Numbered from the stretch's first letter, positions 9,194 to 19,637 are shown. The stretch: DNA of 64,000 nucleotides from an uncultured delta proteobacterium (GCA_963803435.1 CAWDML010000007.1:448001-512000); one strand, 5' to 3'. A program made the numbers and translations. Notes: generated by a model not told the origin, from the sequence alone.

Positions 9194-10474
9194 TCAGCTT
9201 TCCTCGCCGAGCCGGTGCGCTGCTTCCCGCGCGCGCTCGCGGAGCAGCACCTGCTCGCGCGCGTTCTTCGTCATCGAGGCGGCGCGCTCGAGCTCAACTC
9301 GCGCCTCCTCGAATCGCCCCAGCTTGACGAGCAGGTCCCCCCGCACGCTCGCCAGCAGATGGTAACGCTCCAGCGAGGGCTCGTCCTTCAGGGCATCGAT
9401 GATCGCCAGCCCGGCCTCGGGCCCAAACGCCATCGACACCGCGACGGCGCGGTTCAGCTCGACGATCGGCGACGGCGTGACCTGGAAGAGGGCGGCATAG
9501 AGCGCCGCGATGCGCGCCCAGTCGGTCTCCTCCGGAGCCAGGGCGCGCGCGTGGCAGGCGGCGATCGCAGCTTGGAGCGCATATGGACCATGCGCGCCGC
9601 CGAGCGCCTCGGCGCGCTCGAGCGCAGCCAGCCCACGGCGGATCAGGAGCTGATCCCACAGGCTCCGGTTCTGCTCGAGCAGGAGGATCGGCTCGCCCGA
9701 CGGACCGAGCCGCGCCCGGCTCCGCGACGCCTGGATCTCCATGAGCGCGAGCAGACCGTGGACCTCGGGCTCGTTGGGCACCAGCTCGGCGAGGATGCGG
9801 CCGAGCCGGAGCGCGTCCTCGCAAAGCCCCGGTCGCAGCCAATCGTCTCCGGCCGTCGCCGAGTAGCCCTCGTTGAAGACGAGGTAGACGACCTCGAGCA
9901 CCGATGCGAGGCGTTCGACGAGCTCGGGTCCGCGGGGTACCTCGAACGGAACCCGGCCGTCCGCGAGGGCGCGCTTGGCGCGGACGATGCGCTGCGCGAT
10001 CGTCGGCTCGGGGACCAGGAACGCGCGTGCGATCTCCTGGGTCGTCAAACCTCCCAGCACGCGCAGCGTGAGCGCGACCCGGCCATCGAAGGAGAGCACG
10101 GGGTGGCAAGCCGTGAACACGAGCCGCAGCAGATCGTCGCCGACGTCGTCGTCGAGCGCCGCGTCCAGGTCGGGGACCGCGAGCGCCTGCTCCAGCTCGA
10201 GCTCGCGACCCAGCTCCTGGTGCTTCCGATGGAGCATCTGATCGCGACGCACCAGATCGATCGCGCGGTGCTTCGCCGCGGCCATCAGCCACGCGCCCGG
10301 CTTCTCCGGGATGCCCGAGCTCGGCCACTGCTCGAGGGCCGCCACCAGCGCGTCCTGCGCGAGCTGCTCCGCGAGCCCTACGTCGCGAACGATCCGGGCC
10401 AGGCCCGCGATGACCCGGGCCGACTCGATCCTCCAGACCGCATCGATCGCACGGTGCGCCTCCGAATCTGCCAC
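9194..10474 (-). CDS. ECF sigma factor with C-terminal TPR extension (ECF42-like)
   Basis: AEQLAQDALVAALEQWP, DDLLRLVFTACHP, EIARAFLVPEPTIAQRIVRAK, YLVFNEGY, YALQAAIAACH, SPIVELNRAVA. Confidence 0.88.
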   Translation of the reverse strand: MADSEAHRAIDAVWRIESARVIAGLARIVRDVGLAEQLAQDALVAALEQWPSSGIPEKPGAWLMAAAKHRAIDLVRRDQMLHRKHQELGRELELEQALAVPDLDAALDDDVGDDLLRLVFTACHPVLSFDGRVALTLRVLGGLTTQEIARAFLVPEPTIAQRIVRAKRALADGRVPFEVPRGPELVERLASVLEVVYLVFNEGYSATAGDDWLRPGLCEDALRLGRILAELVPNEPEVHGLLALMEIQASRSRARLGPSGEPILLLEQNRSLWDQLLIRRGLAALERAEALGGAHGPYALQAAIAACHARALAPEETDWARIAALYAALFQVTPSPIVELNRAVAVSMAFGPEAGLAIIDALKDEPSLERYHLLASVRGDLLVKLGRFEEARVELERAASMTKNAREQVLLRERAREAAHRLGEES

Positions 10475-10560
10475 GCCCGGATCAGAGCACGGACGCAGCC
10501 CAACGCAACAGACGAGCGGTTCCTGGCCGCCGACACCCGCCTGCGGTAGTCGTCCGCGCG

Positions 10561-11025
10561 ATGGCTGCCGTGCGACGGACGCGCGCGATGAAGCTGATCA
10601 TCGCCTACAAGCTCGGCAGGGCGCTGCTCGCCGCAGGGCTCGCGGTCTGGGTGATCCGCTGGCCCGACGGGGCGATGAACATCGTCGCGCGCTTCGCGAG
10701 CGAGCTCAGCGACACGCACTCGATCTTGAGCCGCCTGGGCGCGTGGATCCAGGCGCGCCTCTCACCCTCCCGGGAACGCACCACCGCGCTCCTCCTGTCG
10801 CTCGATGCAGCCGCCTCTTGCGTCGAGGGTCTGCTGCTCCTCTCCGGCCGGCCCTGGGCGGAGTGGGTGGTGGTGGGGAGCCTGGGCCTCCTGATCCCCT
10901 TCGAGCTGCTCACGCTGGAGGCGAGGCCGAGCGTGCTGAAGCTGGTGGTCGTCACCGTCAACGTCGCGGTGGTGGGGTACCTGGTCCGTGAGCGACTGCG
11001 CGCGCGCCGGCCGGAGCGCAAGTAG
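10561..11025 (+). CDS. DUF2127-type membrane protein
   Basis: Hydrophobic protein with IIAYKL, VEGLLLL..PWAEW, IPFEL, NVAVVGYL. Confidence 0.7.
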   Translation: MAAVRRTRAMKLIIAYKLGRALLAAGLAVWVIRWPDGAMNIVARFASELSDTHSILSRLGAWIQARLSPSRERTTALLLSLDAAASCVEGLLLLSGRPWAEWVVVGSLGLLIPFELLTLEARPSVLKLVVVTVNVAVVGYLVRERLRARRPERK

Positions 11026-11190
11026 CGGGCCAAGCACGGGTCGCGCGCGAGGAACGACTTCACCAGGCCCGCGCCCACCCGTCGAGGTTTCGCGCCATCC
11101 CGACGCCCTCGCAACGGCCAGCGCCCGCCGAGATGCGGACGGATTTCACCTGTAAGCGGCGTGTCGTCCTTCACCTAAAAAGACAACGAT

Positions 11191-14100
11191 TTGCGCCCAG
11201 CGACGATGATCACAATCTGGATGCGAACGAGCCGGCCGCGCGCATCTCTGAGATGGGTGAGCGAGCTCGAGGCCTCACCCAAGTCGATGGCGCGACGGCC
11301 GCCCGCGATGGTGGCGGCTCCGCCCCGAGCGACCTTCTCCGAGGCGCCCCTGACCGTGGCGCTCTCGCACTTCAAGCAGATGGTGGTGGAGGCCGCCGGC
11401 GCCCTCCTGCCGGGTCCAGGACTCGAAGCCTTGGGGCCCAAAGGCCAGCGCGAGACGACGGCGGCCTTCGTCGAGGCCGCGGCGCTCACCGACCTCGCCG
11501 CCGTGCGCCGCGCGCTCGCGGAGGGGGCGGAGAGAAGCGCCGTCCTCTCGCCGACGGCCTCGGAGAAGCGAACGTCCGAGGCGGAGGCGCTCGCGCACTG
11601 GCTCGACGCCGCCCGCCACGAGTCCCCCAAGCAATGGTCGGCGCACAGGATGGCGCATCTGTCCGCCGACCGCCTGGCCGCATTCGCGCCCGACGAGCGC
11701 GAACGGCGGCTCTTCGAGGGCGTGCGCTTCCTGCTCGACGACCGGCTCGACGAAGCGCGGGCGTCCTTCGAGCAAGCGGGACGTCCGGCCCTGATGCACG
11801 GCGTCGACGACATCCGCTCGCAGGCGCGCGCGCTCGAGCTCGTGAGAAAACTGGCGGCGCATCAACGCTACCAGGATCCGAAGGCCGTGCTCACGTCCGT
11901 CATCGACGAGGCGCTCGCGCTCGGTGAACGCGCGCCGCAGCTGTCGACCAATCTGCTGAGCGTCCGGCTGGAGGCCGAGCTCCTCCTGAACGGCCGCAGC
12001 GCCTGGGAGCCCCGCGACGATACGTCGCACCCGTTGCTCGAGATCCGCTTCGCGCCCGACGACGCGCACGCCCTCGCGCGGGCGCGCGTCCATGCGCGCG
12101 AGCGGTCGGGCGAGCATGCGTTCCTGGCGACGATCGCAGAGGCGGAGCTCTCGCATCGGCTCGGCGATCTCGAAGGGGCGGTGGCCGCGGCGGAGCGGGC
12201 GCGGAGCCGCTCGGGAAGCCCTGAGCGACGCGGCTTGACCGCGCTCCTCTACGCGGCGATCTCCGCCACCGTGCCCGACCCGGCGGCCTGGGAGAAGGCA
12301 GATCGGGTGCTCGGCAACGCGCTCTCGGAGCTCGACTACCGCGGCGCCGGCCTCTGGGAGCAAACCTCGCACTGGGTATCACGACTGACGAAGTGCGCGG
12401 TCTGGTCGGTCCGGCGCGACGATCGTGCCTTCGACCCCAACCCCTCGCGCGCGCCCACCCGCGACATGCAGCGCGTGATCGACGAGCTCCTGCTGGCGCG
12501 GGCGGCGCTGGCGTTGAGACGCGGCCGTCCGCTCCGGGCCCAGCGATCGCTGGTGGCCCTGAAGCCGCTCGACTTCGAGACCTCGGACGAAAAGGAGCGT
12601 CTCCTCCGCGCGATCGAGGGCGGCTCGACCGAACTCCCGATCTCGCGCCTCGAGATCCCCGAGCTGGCGCGCGCCGTCGCCCTGGTCCCGCTGGCGAAGG
12701 CCGCGACGGTCCCGCTCTCGCTGGTGCTCGACGCGGAGCGGTTCGGCCCGCGGGTCGGCCGGACCGGCGCGCTCGATCCGATGGGGATGCGGCTCGCCTT
12801 CGCGCGCGCGGACCTCGGGAACCTGCCGCCCACACCCGAGAGCCTCCTCAGCGCGGTCGGTCGGCGCGCCGGGAGCGCCCTCGGGATCGCGATCGACTCG
12901 CTGGTGCAGTCCAAGCAGCACGAGGGCACGATCCAGGGAAACGACGTCCGTCGCGAGCGAGACGCCTTTCGGCGGGCGCGAGCGCGCGAGCTGGCGGACC
13001 TCGCGCTCGCGCAAGTTGGATTGCATTCGACGCGTCCCTCGAAGGAGGACGCGAGGACGGTGGCGCTCGGGCTGTCGCGTCCGGGTGAGGCTCGGGATCT
13101 CGAGCGGCTCTCCGAGCTCTTCGGTGATCGCGACCGGCCGCTCTCCAGCATGGTTCGCCCGCAGCCGAAGGACCTGCTCCAGGCGGCCACCCGACTGGGC
13201 CGGGCCGCTGGGCTCCTCTCGAGCCCCGCCGGCGCTGTCGAGCTGGAGAAGCAGCGCGAGCTCTTCGGCTCGCTGGCGTCCGCGATACCGGCCGGCGTCT
13301 CCGCAATCGACGAGGCCCGCTCGAAGCTGCAGTCGCTCGGATTCGTGACAGAGCAACCGGGGGAGTTCCAGCGCGGCAAGCAACGCGTCCAGCTTGAGCC
13401 CGTCGGAGTGGGTACCATGGACGGCTACTCGCTGGCGGTGGGACCCGAGCGGCTCGTGCGCATCGCCGGGCTGACCTTCGAGGGCGGCGACTGGGAGCTC
13501 TTCGAGCACGGCCGCGAGCGGGAGCTGGCGCGCTATCGCAGAGCCCGCCACCGCACGCCCGATCCCGAGCGGCTGGCCGCAGTTCGGGATTCCGGCAGCG
13601 TGCGCCGCTTCATCGCGCTCAGAGGTCGACCGGTCGAGTCCATGGGTGAGAAGCGAAGCCAGCTGCGCGAGCTCTCCCAGCTGGAGCAGCGAGCGATGGC
13701 GCTGCTGGCGACGCTGAGGGCGAACGACGCCCTCCCCAAGGCCTTCTACATCATGGTCGACGGCATCGACGCCGCCAGCAAGACCTCGAACGGTCTCAGG
13801 TTCGTGGAGCTTCTCGAGGCCGCCGGCTATCTGCCCGGGGGCCGAGGCTTCAAGGCACGCACCGAGGAGGAGCAGCGCGAGCATTACCTGGCGCGGTTCG
13901 ATCGCATGCGGCCGAAGGCAGGCAGGGTCTTCTTCGCGGATCGCTCGCCGCTCGGCGACTTCGCGTACCGGTCCGATCTTTCACAGGAGGATGCGGAGCA
14001 CATGGCCGAGGACTTCCTCGCCTGGCAGCGCTCGATGGAGGACCAGGGGATCGTAGTGCTGAAGCTGCTCTTCTATCCGGGCGACGACGCCGACGACGAT

Positions 14101-14460
14101 GCGAGGGATCTCGCTCCGCTGTGGCGCCCGATGTTCACGTTCGGCAAGCGGGAGGGCCGCGTCGTGGCCGCCACGGACCTCGCGATCGAGCGCCGCGCCC
14201 GTGGTGAGGACGACGATCTGAACGGGCTGATCGAGGCAGGCTCGCTCTCTCCCGGGATCAACGATCTGCGCTCCTTCTACGACGGCGTGCAGACGCATCA
14301 GCGCTTCCAGTGGGCGGCGGATCTGACCGCCGGCGACTCGAGCAACCCCTGGCTCACCATCGAGACCCTCGAACGGCACGACGGCCGGGTGGCGGCGATG
14401 AAGGCGCTCATCCAGCGGCTCGAGCGGCTCGTCGAGGAGAGCGCCGCGCTACGCCCGTAG
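11191..14460 (+). CDS. Large helical protein with C-terminal polyphosphate kinase 2 (PPK2)-like domain; start uncertain (11191-11308)
   Basis: C-terminal DGIDAASKT (Walker A-like), FKARTEEEQREHYLARF, FADRSP, GIVVLKL, NPWLTIE; preceded by about 800 aa of Ala/Leu/Arg-rich helical sequence. Confidence 0.7.
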   Translation: MRPATMITIWMRTSRPRASLRWVSELEASPKSMARRPPAMVAAPPRATFSEAPLTVALSHFKQMVVEAAGALLPGPGLEALGPKGQRETTAAFVEAAALTDLAAVRRALAEGAERSAVLSPTASEKRTSEAEALAHWLDAARHESPKQWSAHRMAHLSADRLAAFAPDERERRLFEGVRFLLDDRLDEARASFEQAGRPALMHGVDDIRSQARALELVRKLAAHQRYQDPKAVLTSVIDEALALGERAPQLSTNLLSVRLEAELLLNGRSAWEPRDDTSHPLLEIRFAPDDAHALARARVHARERSGEHAFLATIAEAELSHRLGDLEGAVAAAERARSRSGSPERRGLTALLYAAISATVPDPAAWEKADRVLGNALSELDYRGAGLWEQTSHWVSRLTKCAVWSVRRDDRAFDPNPSRAPTRDMQRVIDELLLARAALALRRGRPLRAQRSLVALKPLDFETSDEKERLLRAIEGGSTELPISRLEIPELARAVALVPLAKAATVPLSLVLDAERFGPRVGRTGALDPMGMRLAFARADLGNLPPTPESLLSAVGRRAGSALGIAIDSLVQSKQHEGTIQGNDVRRERDAFRRARARELADLALAQVGLHSTRPSKEDARTVALGLSRPGEARDLERLSELFGDRDRPLSSMVRPQPKDLLQAATRLGRAAGLLSSPAGAVELEKQRELFGSLASAIPAGVSAIDEARSKLQSLGFVTEQPGEFQRGKQRVQLEPVGVGTMDGYSLAVGPERLVRIAGLTFEGGDWELFEHGRERELARYRRARHRTPDPERLAAVRDSGSVRRFIALRGRPVESMGEKRSQLRELSQLEQRAMALLATLRANDALPKAFYIMVDGIDAASKTSNGLRFVELLEAAGYLPGGRGFKARTEEEQREHYLARFDRMRPKAGRVFFADRSPLGDFAYRSDLSQEDAEHMAEDFLAWQRSMEDQGIVVLKLLFYPGDDADDDARDLAPLWRPMFTFGKREGRVVAATDLAIERRARGEDDDLNGLIEAGSLSPGINDLRSFYDGVQTHQRFQWAADLTAGDSSNPWLTIETLERHDGRVAAMKALIQRLERLVEESAALRP

Positions 14461-14496
14461 CCGATACCCACCGCCTGCGAGCAAGCGACCTCGACC

Positions 14497-15879
14497 TCAC
14501 GGTCGTGGCGTGAGGTGGCGCTCCAGCTCCTCGAGCGCCTCGAGGCTATACACGGCCAGTCGCTGGAGGTGCGGCACCGTCTCGCGACAACCGATGAACC
14601 CGAACCCGAGCGTGTCGCAGTAGCTGAACGTGGTGATGTTGAGCCCGTAGCCGTGAAACGGGATCGACAAGGCATAGCTGGCCTCGATCCGCGCGCCGCG
14701 AAAGAAGAGCGGATGCGTCGGGCCGGGGACATTGGAGATCACGAGGTTGAACGCCGGCCGCAGCCGGCCGACCGTGCCGGTGATGGTCTGCAGGCTCATC
14801 GGCGCCAGGAGCAGCGCACTGTACTGGAGGATGGCGTTCTTCGACATCCCCTGCAGCTGGTCCTTCGCGCGTCGCGAGGACTCGACGATCGCGGCGAAGC
14901 GGGCCTTCGGATCGGCGACGTCCGTGGCCAGCGCGACCAGGATGGCGCCGACCGCATTGCCGCCGCCCGGGTCGTCCTTGGGGCGGATGTTGACCGGCAC
15001 CATCGCGATCAGCGGATCGGCGGGGAGAGCATCCTGCTCGACGAGCAAGCGGCGAAGCGACGCTGACGAGAGCGCGAGGATGGTGTCGTTGAGCGTGCCG
15101 TGCCCCGCCCTCCCGACCTTCTTCAAACGTTCGAGCGAGAAGTGCTGGGTGGCGAAGCGCCGATTGCGGCTGATCTTACGGTTGAGGATCGACTTCGGCG
15201 CCTGAAATGGTCGCACCAGGCTCTTCCCTCGTCCCCGGACGATGTTCATCAGCGCCCGGCCGACGTCGCGGGTCGCACCCATCTGATCGCGCACCGCCTC
15301 GAACAGGGCGGCGATGCTCGGAGCGCCCTCCTCGACACGTGGCCGGCGCGCCTCCGGAGGCATCGCGAAGAACGGCGTGCGATCGCGGTCGTGCGGATCG
15401 CCGGCCAGGCTGCGCATGAGGGTGCGCGTTCCGGTGTACCCATCCATCAGTGAGTGATGGACCTTGAAGTACATGGCGAAGCGCCCCTCCGAGAGCCCCT
15501 CGATCAGGTGGAGCTCCCAGGGCGGCCGGTGAAAGTCCATCTGATGGCTGTGCAACCTCGACACCAGGATGCCGAGCTCGCGCTCGTCGCCGGGAGACGG
15601 TAGCGCGGAGCGGCGGACGTGATAGTCGAGATCGCAGTCCCGGTCTTCGACCCAGGCCTGCCTCGGGTGGGTCAGGAATTCGGGCGACCTCAGCTTCAGG
15701 CTCCAGGGCGGCTCGATCCGATCGGAGCTCCAGAAGTCCTCGACCACCTCGCGCAGGAAGCTCGGCGGGGCATCCTCCGGTGGCGAGAAGACGTGGAGAC
15801 CGCCCACGTGCATCATCGACTCGCGGGTCTCGATCGCCAGGAACATCGCGTCGAGGACGCCGAGCTTCTTCGTCACCAT
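14497..15879 (-). CDS. Wax ester synthase/diacylglycerol acyltransferase (WS/DGAT)
   Basis: LDAMFLAIETRESMMHVG, catalytic HHSLMDG, TLND, PVNIR, NLVISNVPGP. Confidence 0.92.
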   Translation of the reverse strand: MVTKKLGVLDAMFLAIETRESMMHVGGLHVFSPPEDAPPSFLREVVEDFWSSDRIEPPWSLKLRSPEFLTHPRQAWVEDRDCDLDYHVRRSALPSPGDERELGILVSRLHSHQMDFHRPPWELHLIEGLSEGRFAMYFKVHHSLMDGYTGTRTLMRSLAGDPHDRDRTPFFAMPPEARRPRVEEGAPSIAALFEAVRDQMGATRDVGRALMNIVRGRGKSLVRPFQAPKSILNRKISRNRRFATQHFSLERLKKVGRAGHGTLNDTILALSSASLRRLLVEQDALPADPLIAMVPVNIRPKDDPGGGNAVGAILVALATDVADPKARFAAIVESSRRAKDQLQGMSKNAILQYSALLLAPMSLQTITGTVGRLRPAFNLVISNVPGPTHPLFFRGARIEASYALSIPFHGYGLNITTFSYCDTLGFGFIGCRETVPHLQRLAVYSLEALEELERHLTPRP

Positions 15880-15975
15880 CGAACCGGCGCACCGTCGCAC
15901 GAACGCACCGGCGGCGCGAGCGTCGCCGGCGGCCGTTGACATCGGCGGCCGAGCCCGCCAACCGGGACAGAAGAG

Positions 15976-16773
15976 ATGCCGACGCTCGATCGCGACACCC
16001 ACCGGCTGCACTTCGACGTCCGGGGGCCGGCCAGCGCGCCGCCGGCGCTCCTGATCATGGGGCTAGCGTTCTCGTCGCGCGCCTGGCACTCGCTCCCCGA
16101 GCGGCTCGAGCACGCCTTCCGCGTGATCACGTTCGACAACGCCGGCACCGGACGCTCCTCTGCACCCCGCTCACTCCGGCTGCCGCAGATGGCCGACGAC
16201 GCCGCAGCGGTCCTCGACGCAGCGGGCGTGGATCAGGCGGCGGTGTTCGGGATCTCGATGGGAGGAATGATCGCGATCGAGCTGGCGCTCCGCCACCGAG
16301 CGCGGGTGCGGCGGTTGGCGCTGGGAGCGACGTTCGGCGGCTACTGGAAGAGCCGCAAGCCATCCTTCGACACGGTGGCGATGCTCGCGGCGGCCACGGT
16401 GCTCGGAAAGCGGTTTCCGCCGGGTCGTCTGGCGGGGCTGCTCACTACGGACACCTACTTCGCGAGGGATCGAGAGGGCTTTCTCGCCTGGCTGGCCCGC
16501 ACCGACCCCACCGATCCCTTCACCGCAATGCGGCAGATGAACGCCATCGTGCGGCATGCCGCGACCGATCGACTGTCGCAGATCCGGATCCCCACGCTGG
16601 TGATCACCGGCGATCGCGATCGCCTGGTGCCAGCCGAGAACTCGAGGCGGCTGGCGCGCGCGATCGAGGGTGCCCGCCTGCTCGAGCTCTCCGGCGCCGG
16701 TCACTGCTTCCCGGTCGAGCGGCCCGACGAGGTGGCGTTCGCGCTGGAGACCTTCTTCGCCGAGCCGGCCTGA
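15976..16773 (+). CDS. Alpha/beta hydrolase
   Basis: LIMGL, FDNAGTGRS, nucleophile elbow GISMGG, GDRD, GAGH. Confidence 0.88.
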   Translation: MPTLDRDTHRLHFDVRGPASAPPALLIMGLAFSSRAWHSLPERLEHAFRVITFDNAGTGRSSAPRSLRLPQMADDAAAVLDAAGVDQAAVFGISMGGMIAIELALRHRARVRRLALGATFGGYWKSRKPSFDTVAMLAAATVLGKRFPPGRLAGLLTTDTYFARDREGFLAWLARTDPTDPFTAMRQMNAIVRHAATDRLSQIRIPTLVITGDRDRLVPAENSRRLARAIEGARLLELSGAGHCFPVERPDEVAFALETFFAEPA

Positions 16774-18083
16774 AAGAGCTCTGGACGAACCACCGTCCGC
16801 AACCGTGCCCCCGGACTGCGCCGCCGGGCCCCATCCAGGACCGCCGACAGCAGATCGAGCACGCCTTCGGATCGCTGCGTCAGCTCGAGACCCTCCACCT
16901 CGAGCACGGCGGCATACGCAATCCCCATGTGCTCGTCGATCGTCCGGAGGATCTGATCGAGCCCCCCCTGCCGGTCTTTGCCGACCTGGTAGACGTACAT
17001 GGTCCTCGGCTCCTGCTCGGCGATCGCCGCCCGCGGTCTCAGCGACTCCATCAAGGCCTCGGCCTCTTTTGGGTCCCAGTCGGCGCGCTGCGTCTCGACC
17101 ATCGCCATCGACAGACCTTCCTCTCCCACCCGGGCCAGCTCGGCCGCCAGCCAGTTGCGCCAGACCGAGGGAATCAGAAAGCCCCCGAACGTGAGAAAGA
17201 CGGGAGGCGGCGTCCCGCGCAGGACCTCGGTACCGGTGCGCGCGACATGCTGGAGGATCGCCAGGTCGAGGGCATCGAAGGGGTGCGGGCGGCGATCGAC
17301 CATCAGCAGCGCGCCCACCGCGGGCCCGCTGGGCAGAGCGACCGGGCTGGCCACCAGGAACTGCAGCGACGATCCGTCCTCGGTGCGGGTGAAGAACGGC
17401 AGATCACGAAGATCGGCGATCACGAGCGCCGAGCCGGTCTCGATGACGTCAATCGAGAGCTGAAGCAGCCGATGGGTCACCGGCCCGCGACCGCACAGCG
17501 CCGCCGAGGAGGCCAGGATCTCAGGCTCGCCGTTCCGCAGCATCACCACCGCGACACAGACCTCGCCAAAGTAGCGGGACAGCACGCCGACGACCCGGTC
17601 CAGGTTTGCTGGGAAACCAGGGCGCGCCGCCAGGGCCTCTTCGAGCGCGCGCTCCGCTCGGGCGCTGGCGGCGCGCCGCCGCTCGATCGCGCGCGCGCGC
17701 GAGTCGCGGAGCGATCGGGCCGCCTCCTGGTCGACATCGAGGAGCGACAGGATCTCGCCGGTGTCGATCGGCTTCAGCTGAAAATCCGAGGCGCCCCGTG
17801 CACGCGCCTCGGACTCGAGGGCCGGAAATCCGGAGATGGCGATGATCTTCGGCCGCGGCGGCCCGATCACCTCGGCCACCCGGGAGATCAGGTCCAGTCC
17901 GCTGATCCCGGGCATCATCAGGTCCGTCAGGATCACGTCGGGATGCCAGTCGCGCATGATCTCGAGGGCCACCGCGGCGGACGGGGCCGCCTTCACCTCA
18001 TAGTCGGTCTCGAAGCGAATGATGCTGACGAGCATCTCCAGGATGTCCACCGAGTCCTCGACGATCAGCACTTTGGAGGTCAT
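16701..18083 (-). CDS. Response regulator with REC and GAF domains
   Basis: VLIVED..LTDLMMPGISG..ISG..LKP; GAF-like IADLRD..ASPV..GALLMVDRRPH. Confidence 0.75.
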   Translation of the reverse strand: MTSKVLIVEDSVDILEMLVSIIRFETDYEVKAAPSAAVALEIMRDWHPDVILTDLMMPGISGLDLISRVAEVIGPPRPKIIAISGFPALESEARARGASDFQLKPIDTGEILSLLDVDQEAARSLRDSRARAIERRRAASARAERALEEALAARPGFPANLDRVVGVLSRYFGEVCVAVVMLRNGEPEILASSAALCGRGPVTHRLLQLSIDVIETGSALVIADLRDLPFFTRTEDGSSLQFLVASPVALPSGPAVGALLMVDRRPHPFDALDLAILQHVARTGTEVLRGTPPPVFLTFGGFLIPSVWRNWLAAELARVGEEGLSMAMVETQRADWDPKEAEALMESLRPRAAIAEQEPRTMYVYQVGKDRQGGLDQILRTIDEHMGIAYAAVLEVEGLELTQRSEGVLDLLSAVLDGARRRSPGARLRTVVRPELFQAGSAKKVSSANATSSGRSTGKQ

Positions 18084-18196
18084 CTCGAGGTGGAGCAGAA
18101 GCAACACGGATGCCGAAGGATCCACGACAGCACGCCACGGATCGATCGGGACTGCGATCGTGGCTCCAAGGATGGGCGAAAAAAAACCGCAACCGT

Positions 18197-18493
18197 TCAG
18201 CGGGTGCTCGGACCGATGACCTCAACGCCCCGCCAGAACGCAACGTAGCCTGCAATATTCTTCGCGGCGTCCTTGGGCTCGGGATAGTACCAGGCGGCGT
18301 CCTTGTTCACTTTGCCGTCCACGACGAGATCGTAGTAGCTCGCGGTCCCCTTCCAGCCGCATACGGTGTGGGTCTCGGTGCTCCGCAAATAGCTCTGGTC
18401 CACGGCGGAGGGCGGAAAGTAGATGTTCCCCTCCACGACCTCGACGTCGTCGCTCTCTGCGATCACTGCTCCATTCCAAGTCGCTCTTACCAC
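18197..18493 (-). CDS. DUF427 domain protein
   Basis: AVIAES, VEGNIYFP, CGWKGTASYY, AAWYYPEP, IAGYVAFW. Confidence 0.9.
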   Translation of the reverse strand: MVRATWNGAVIAESDDVEVVEGNIYFPPSAVDQSYLRSTETHTVCGWKGTASYYDLVVDGKVNKDAAWYYPEPKDAAKNIAGYVAFWRGVEVIGPSTR

Positions 18494-18579
18494 GACCGAT
18501 CCCTACCCCGTTTGACCCTTCGATGCACCCTGGTCGATGCTCGCGCGCCGACGCGCTATGGTAGCGCTGGCGCGCCCCC

Positions 18580-19026
18580 ATGAAGACCACGGACCAGCCG
18601 AAGCTGGGCAAGGTTCTCGACTTTCTCCGCCTCCTCTGGGCCGTCGATCACAACCTCCAGCTCGTATCCAAGCGGATGCACGCCGAGCTGGGGGTGACCG
18701 GCCTCCAGCGCATGATGATCCGGATCGTGGGGCGCTTCCCCGGCGTGTCGGCCGGTGAGCTGGCGGCGATCCTGCACGTCCATCCGAGCACCCTCACCGG
18801 CGCGCTTGATCGCCTCACCGGCTCTGGTGCGATCACGCGGAAGGCCGATCCCGAGGACGGACGCCGCGCACGTCTCTCGCTGGGCGCTCGGGGCCGTACC
18901 ATCGACGCCTCGAAGGCCGGCACCGTCGAGGACTCGGTCCGGCGCGCCCTCGCCAGCGTCTCGCAGGAGCAGATCGAGGCCGCCGCGGAGGTTCTCAAGG
19001 CGATCGCGCGGGAGCTCGAGCGATGA
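18580..19026 (+). CDS. MarR family transcriptional regulator
   Basis: GVTGLQ, ELAAILHVHPSTLTGALDRL, DPEDGR. Confidence 0.88.
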   Translation: MKTTDQPKLGKVLDFLRLLWAVDHNLQLVSKRMHAELGVTGLQRMMIRIVGRFPGVSAGELAAILHVHPSTLTGALDRLTGSGAITRKADPEDGRRARLSLGARGRTIDASKAGTVEDSVRRALASVSQEQIEAAAEVLKAIARELER

Positions 19027-19637
19027 TCCCGACCGAGTTCTTCACGTCCGTCTCGCTCCTCCTGGTGCTCCTCAACCCGTTCCTGCTCACCATCTACCTG
19101 CTCGAGATCATCCGCACCCTCGAGGGCCCCGAGTTTCGCTTCGTCCTCATCCGCGCGTCCATGATCAGCGGAGTGGTCTTCGCGCTCTTCGCGATCACCG
19201 GCGACACCATCTTCAGCCGCATCCTCCAGGTACGTTTTGCCTCGTTCGAGATGTTCGGCGGCGTCATCTTCCTCCTGATCGGCGTCCGCTACGTCATGAG
19301 CGGGCCCTCCGCCATCACCCAGCTCCGCGGTCGACCGGAGCACGTCGCCGGGTCGATCGCGATGCCCTTCATGATCGGCCCAGGCACCATCAGCGCCAGC
19401 ATGCTGGCCGGCGCTCGGTTGCCGGTCCCGCTGGCGCTGCTCTCGATCATCACCGCCCTCGCGCTGACGGTCATCGGTGTCCTGTTGCTCAAGTACCTCC
19501 ACGATCGCGTACGCGTACGTTATGCGGGGATGGTGGAGCGCTACGTCGAGGTCGTCGGTCGCGCCAGCGGCCTCGTGATCGGGACGATCTCGATCGAGAT
19601 GATCCTGCAGGGGATCGATCTGTGGCGAGGTCATTGA
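19023..19637 (+). CDS. MarC family membrane protein
   Basis: LLNPF, FGGVIFLLIG, MPFMIGPGTIS; ATGA overlap with the MarR gene. Confidence 0.85.
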   Translation: MIPTEFFTSVSLLLVLLNPFLLTIYLLEIIRTLEGPEFRFVLIRASMISGVVFALFAITGDTIFSRILQVRFASFEMFGGVIFLLIGVRYVMSGPSAITQLRGRPEHVAGSIAMPFMIGPGTISASMLAGARLPVPLALLSIITALALTVIGVLLLKYLHDRVRVRYAGMVERYVEVVGRASGLVIGTISIEMILQGIDLWRGH

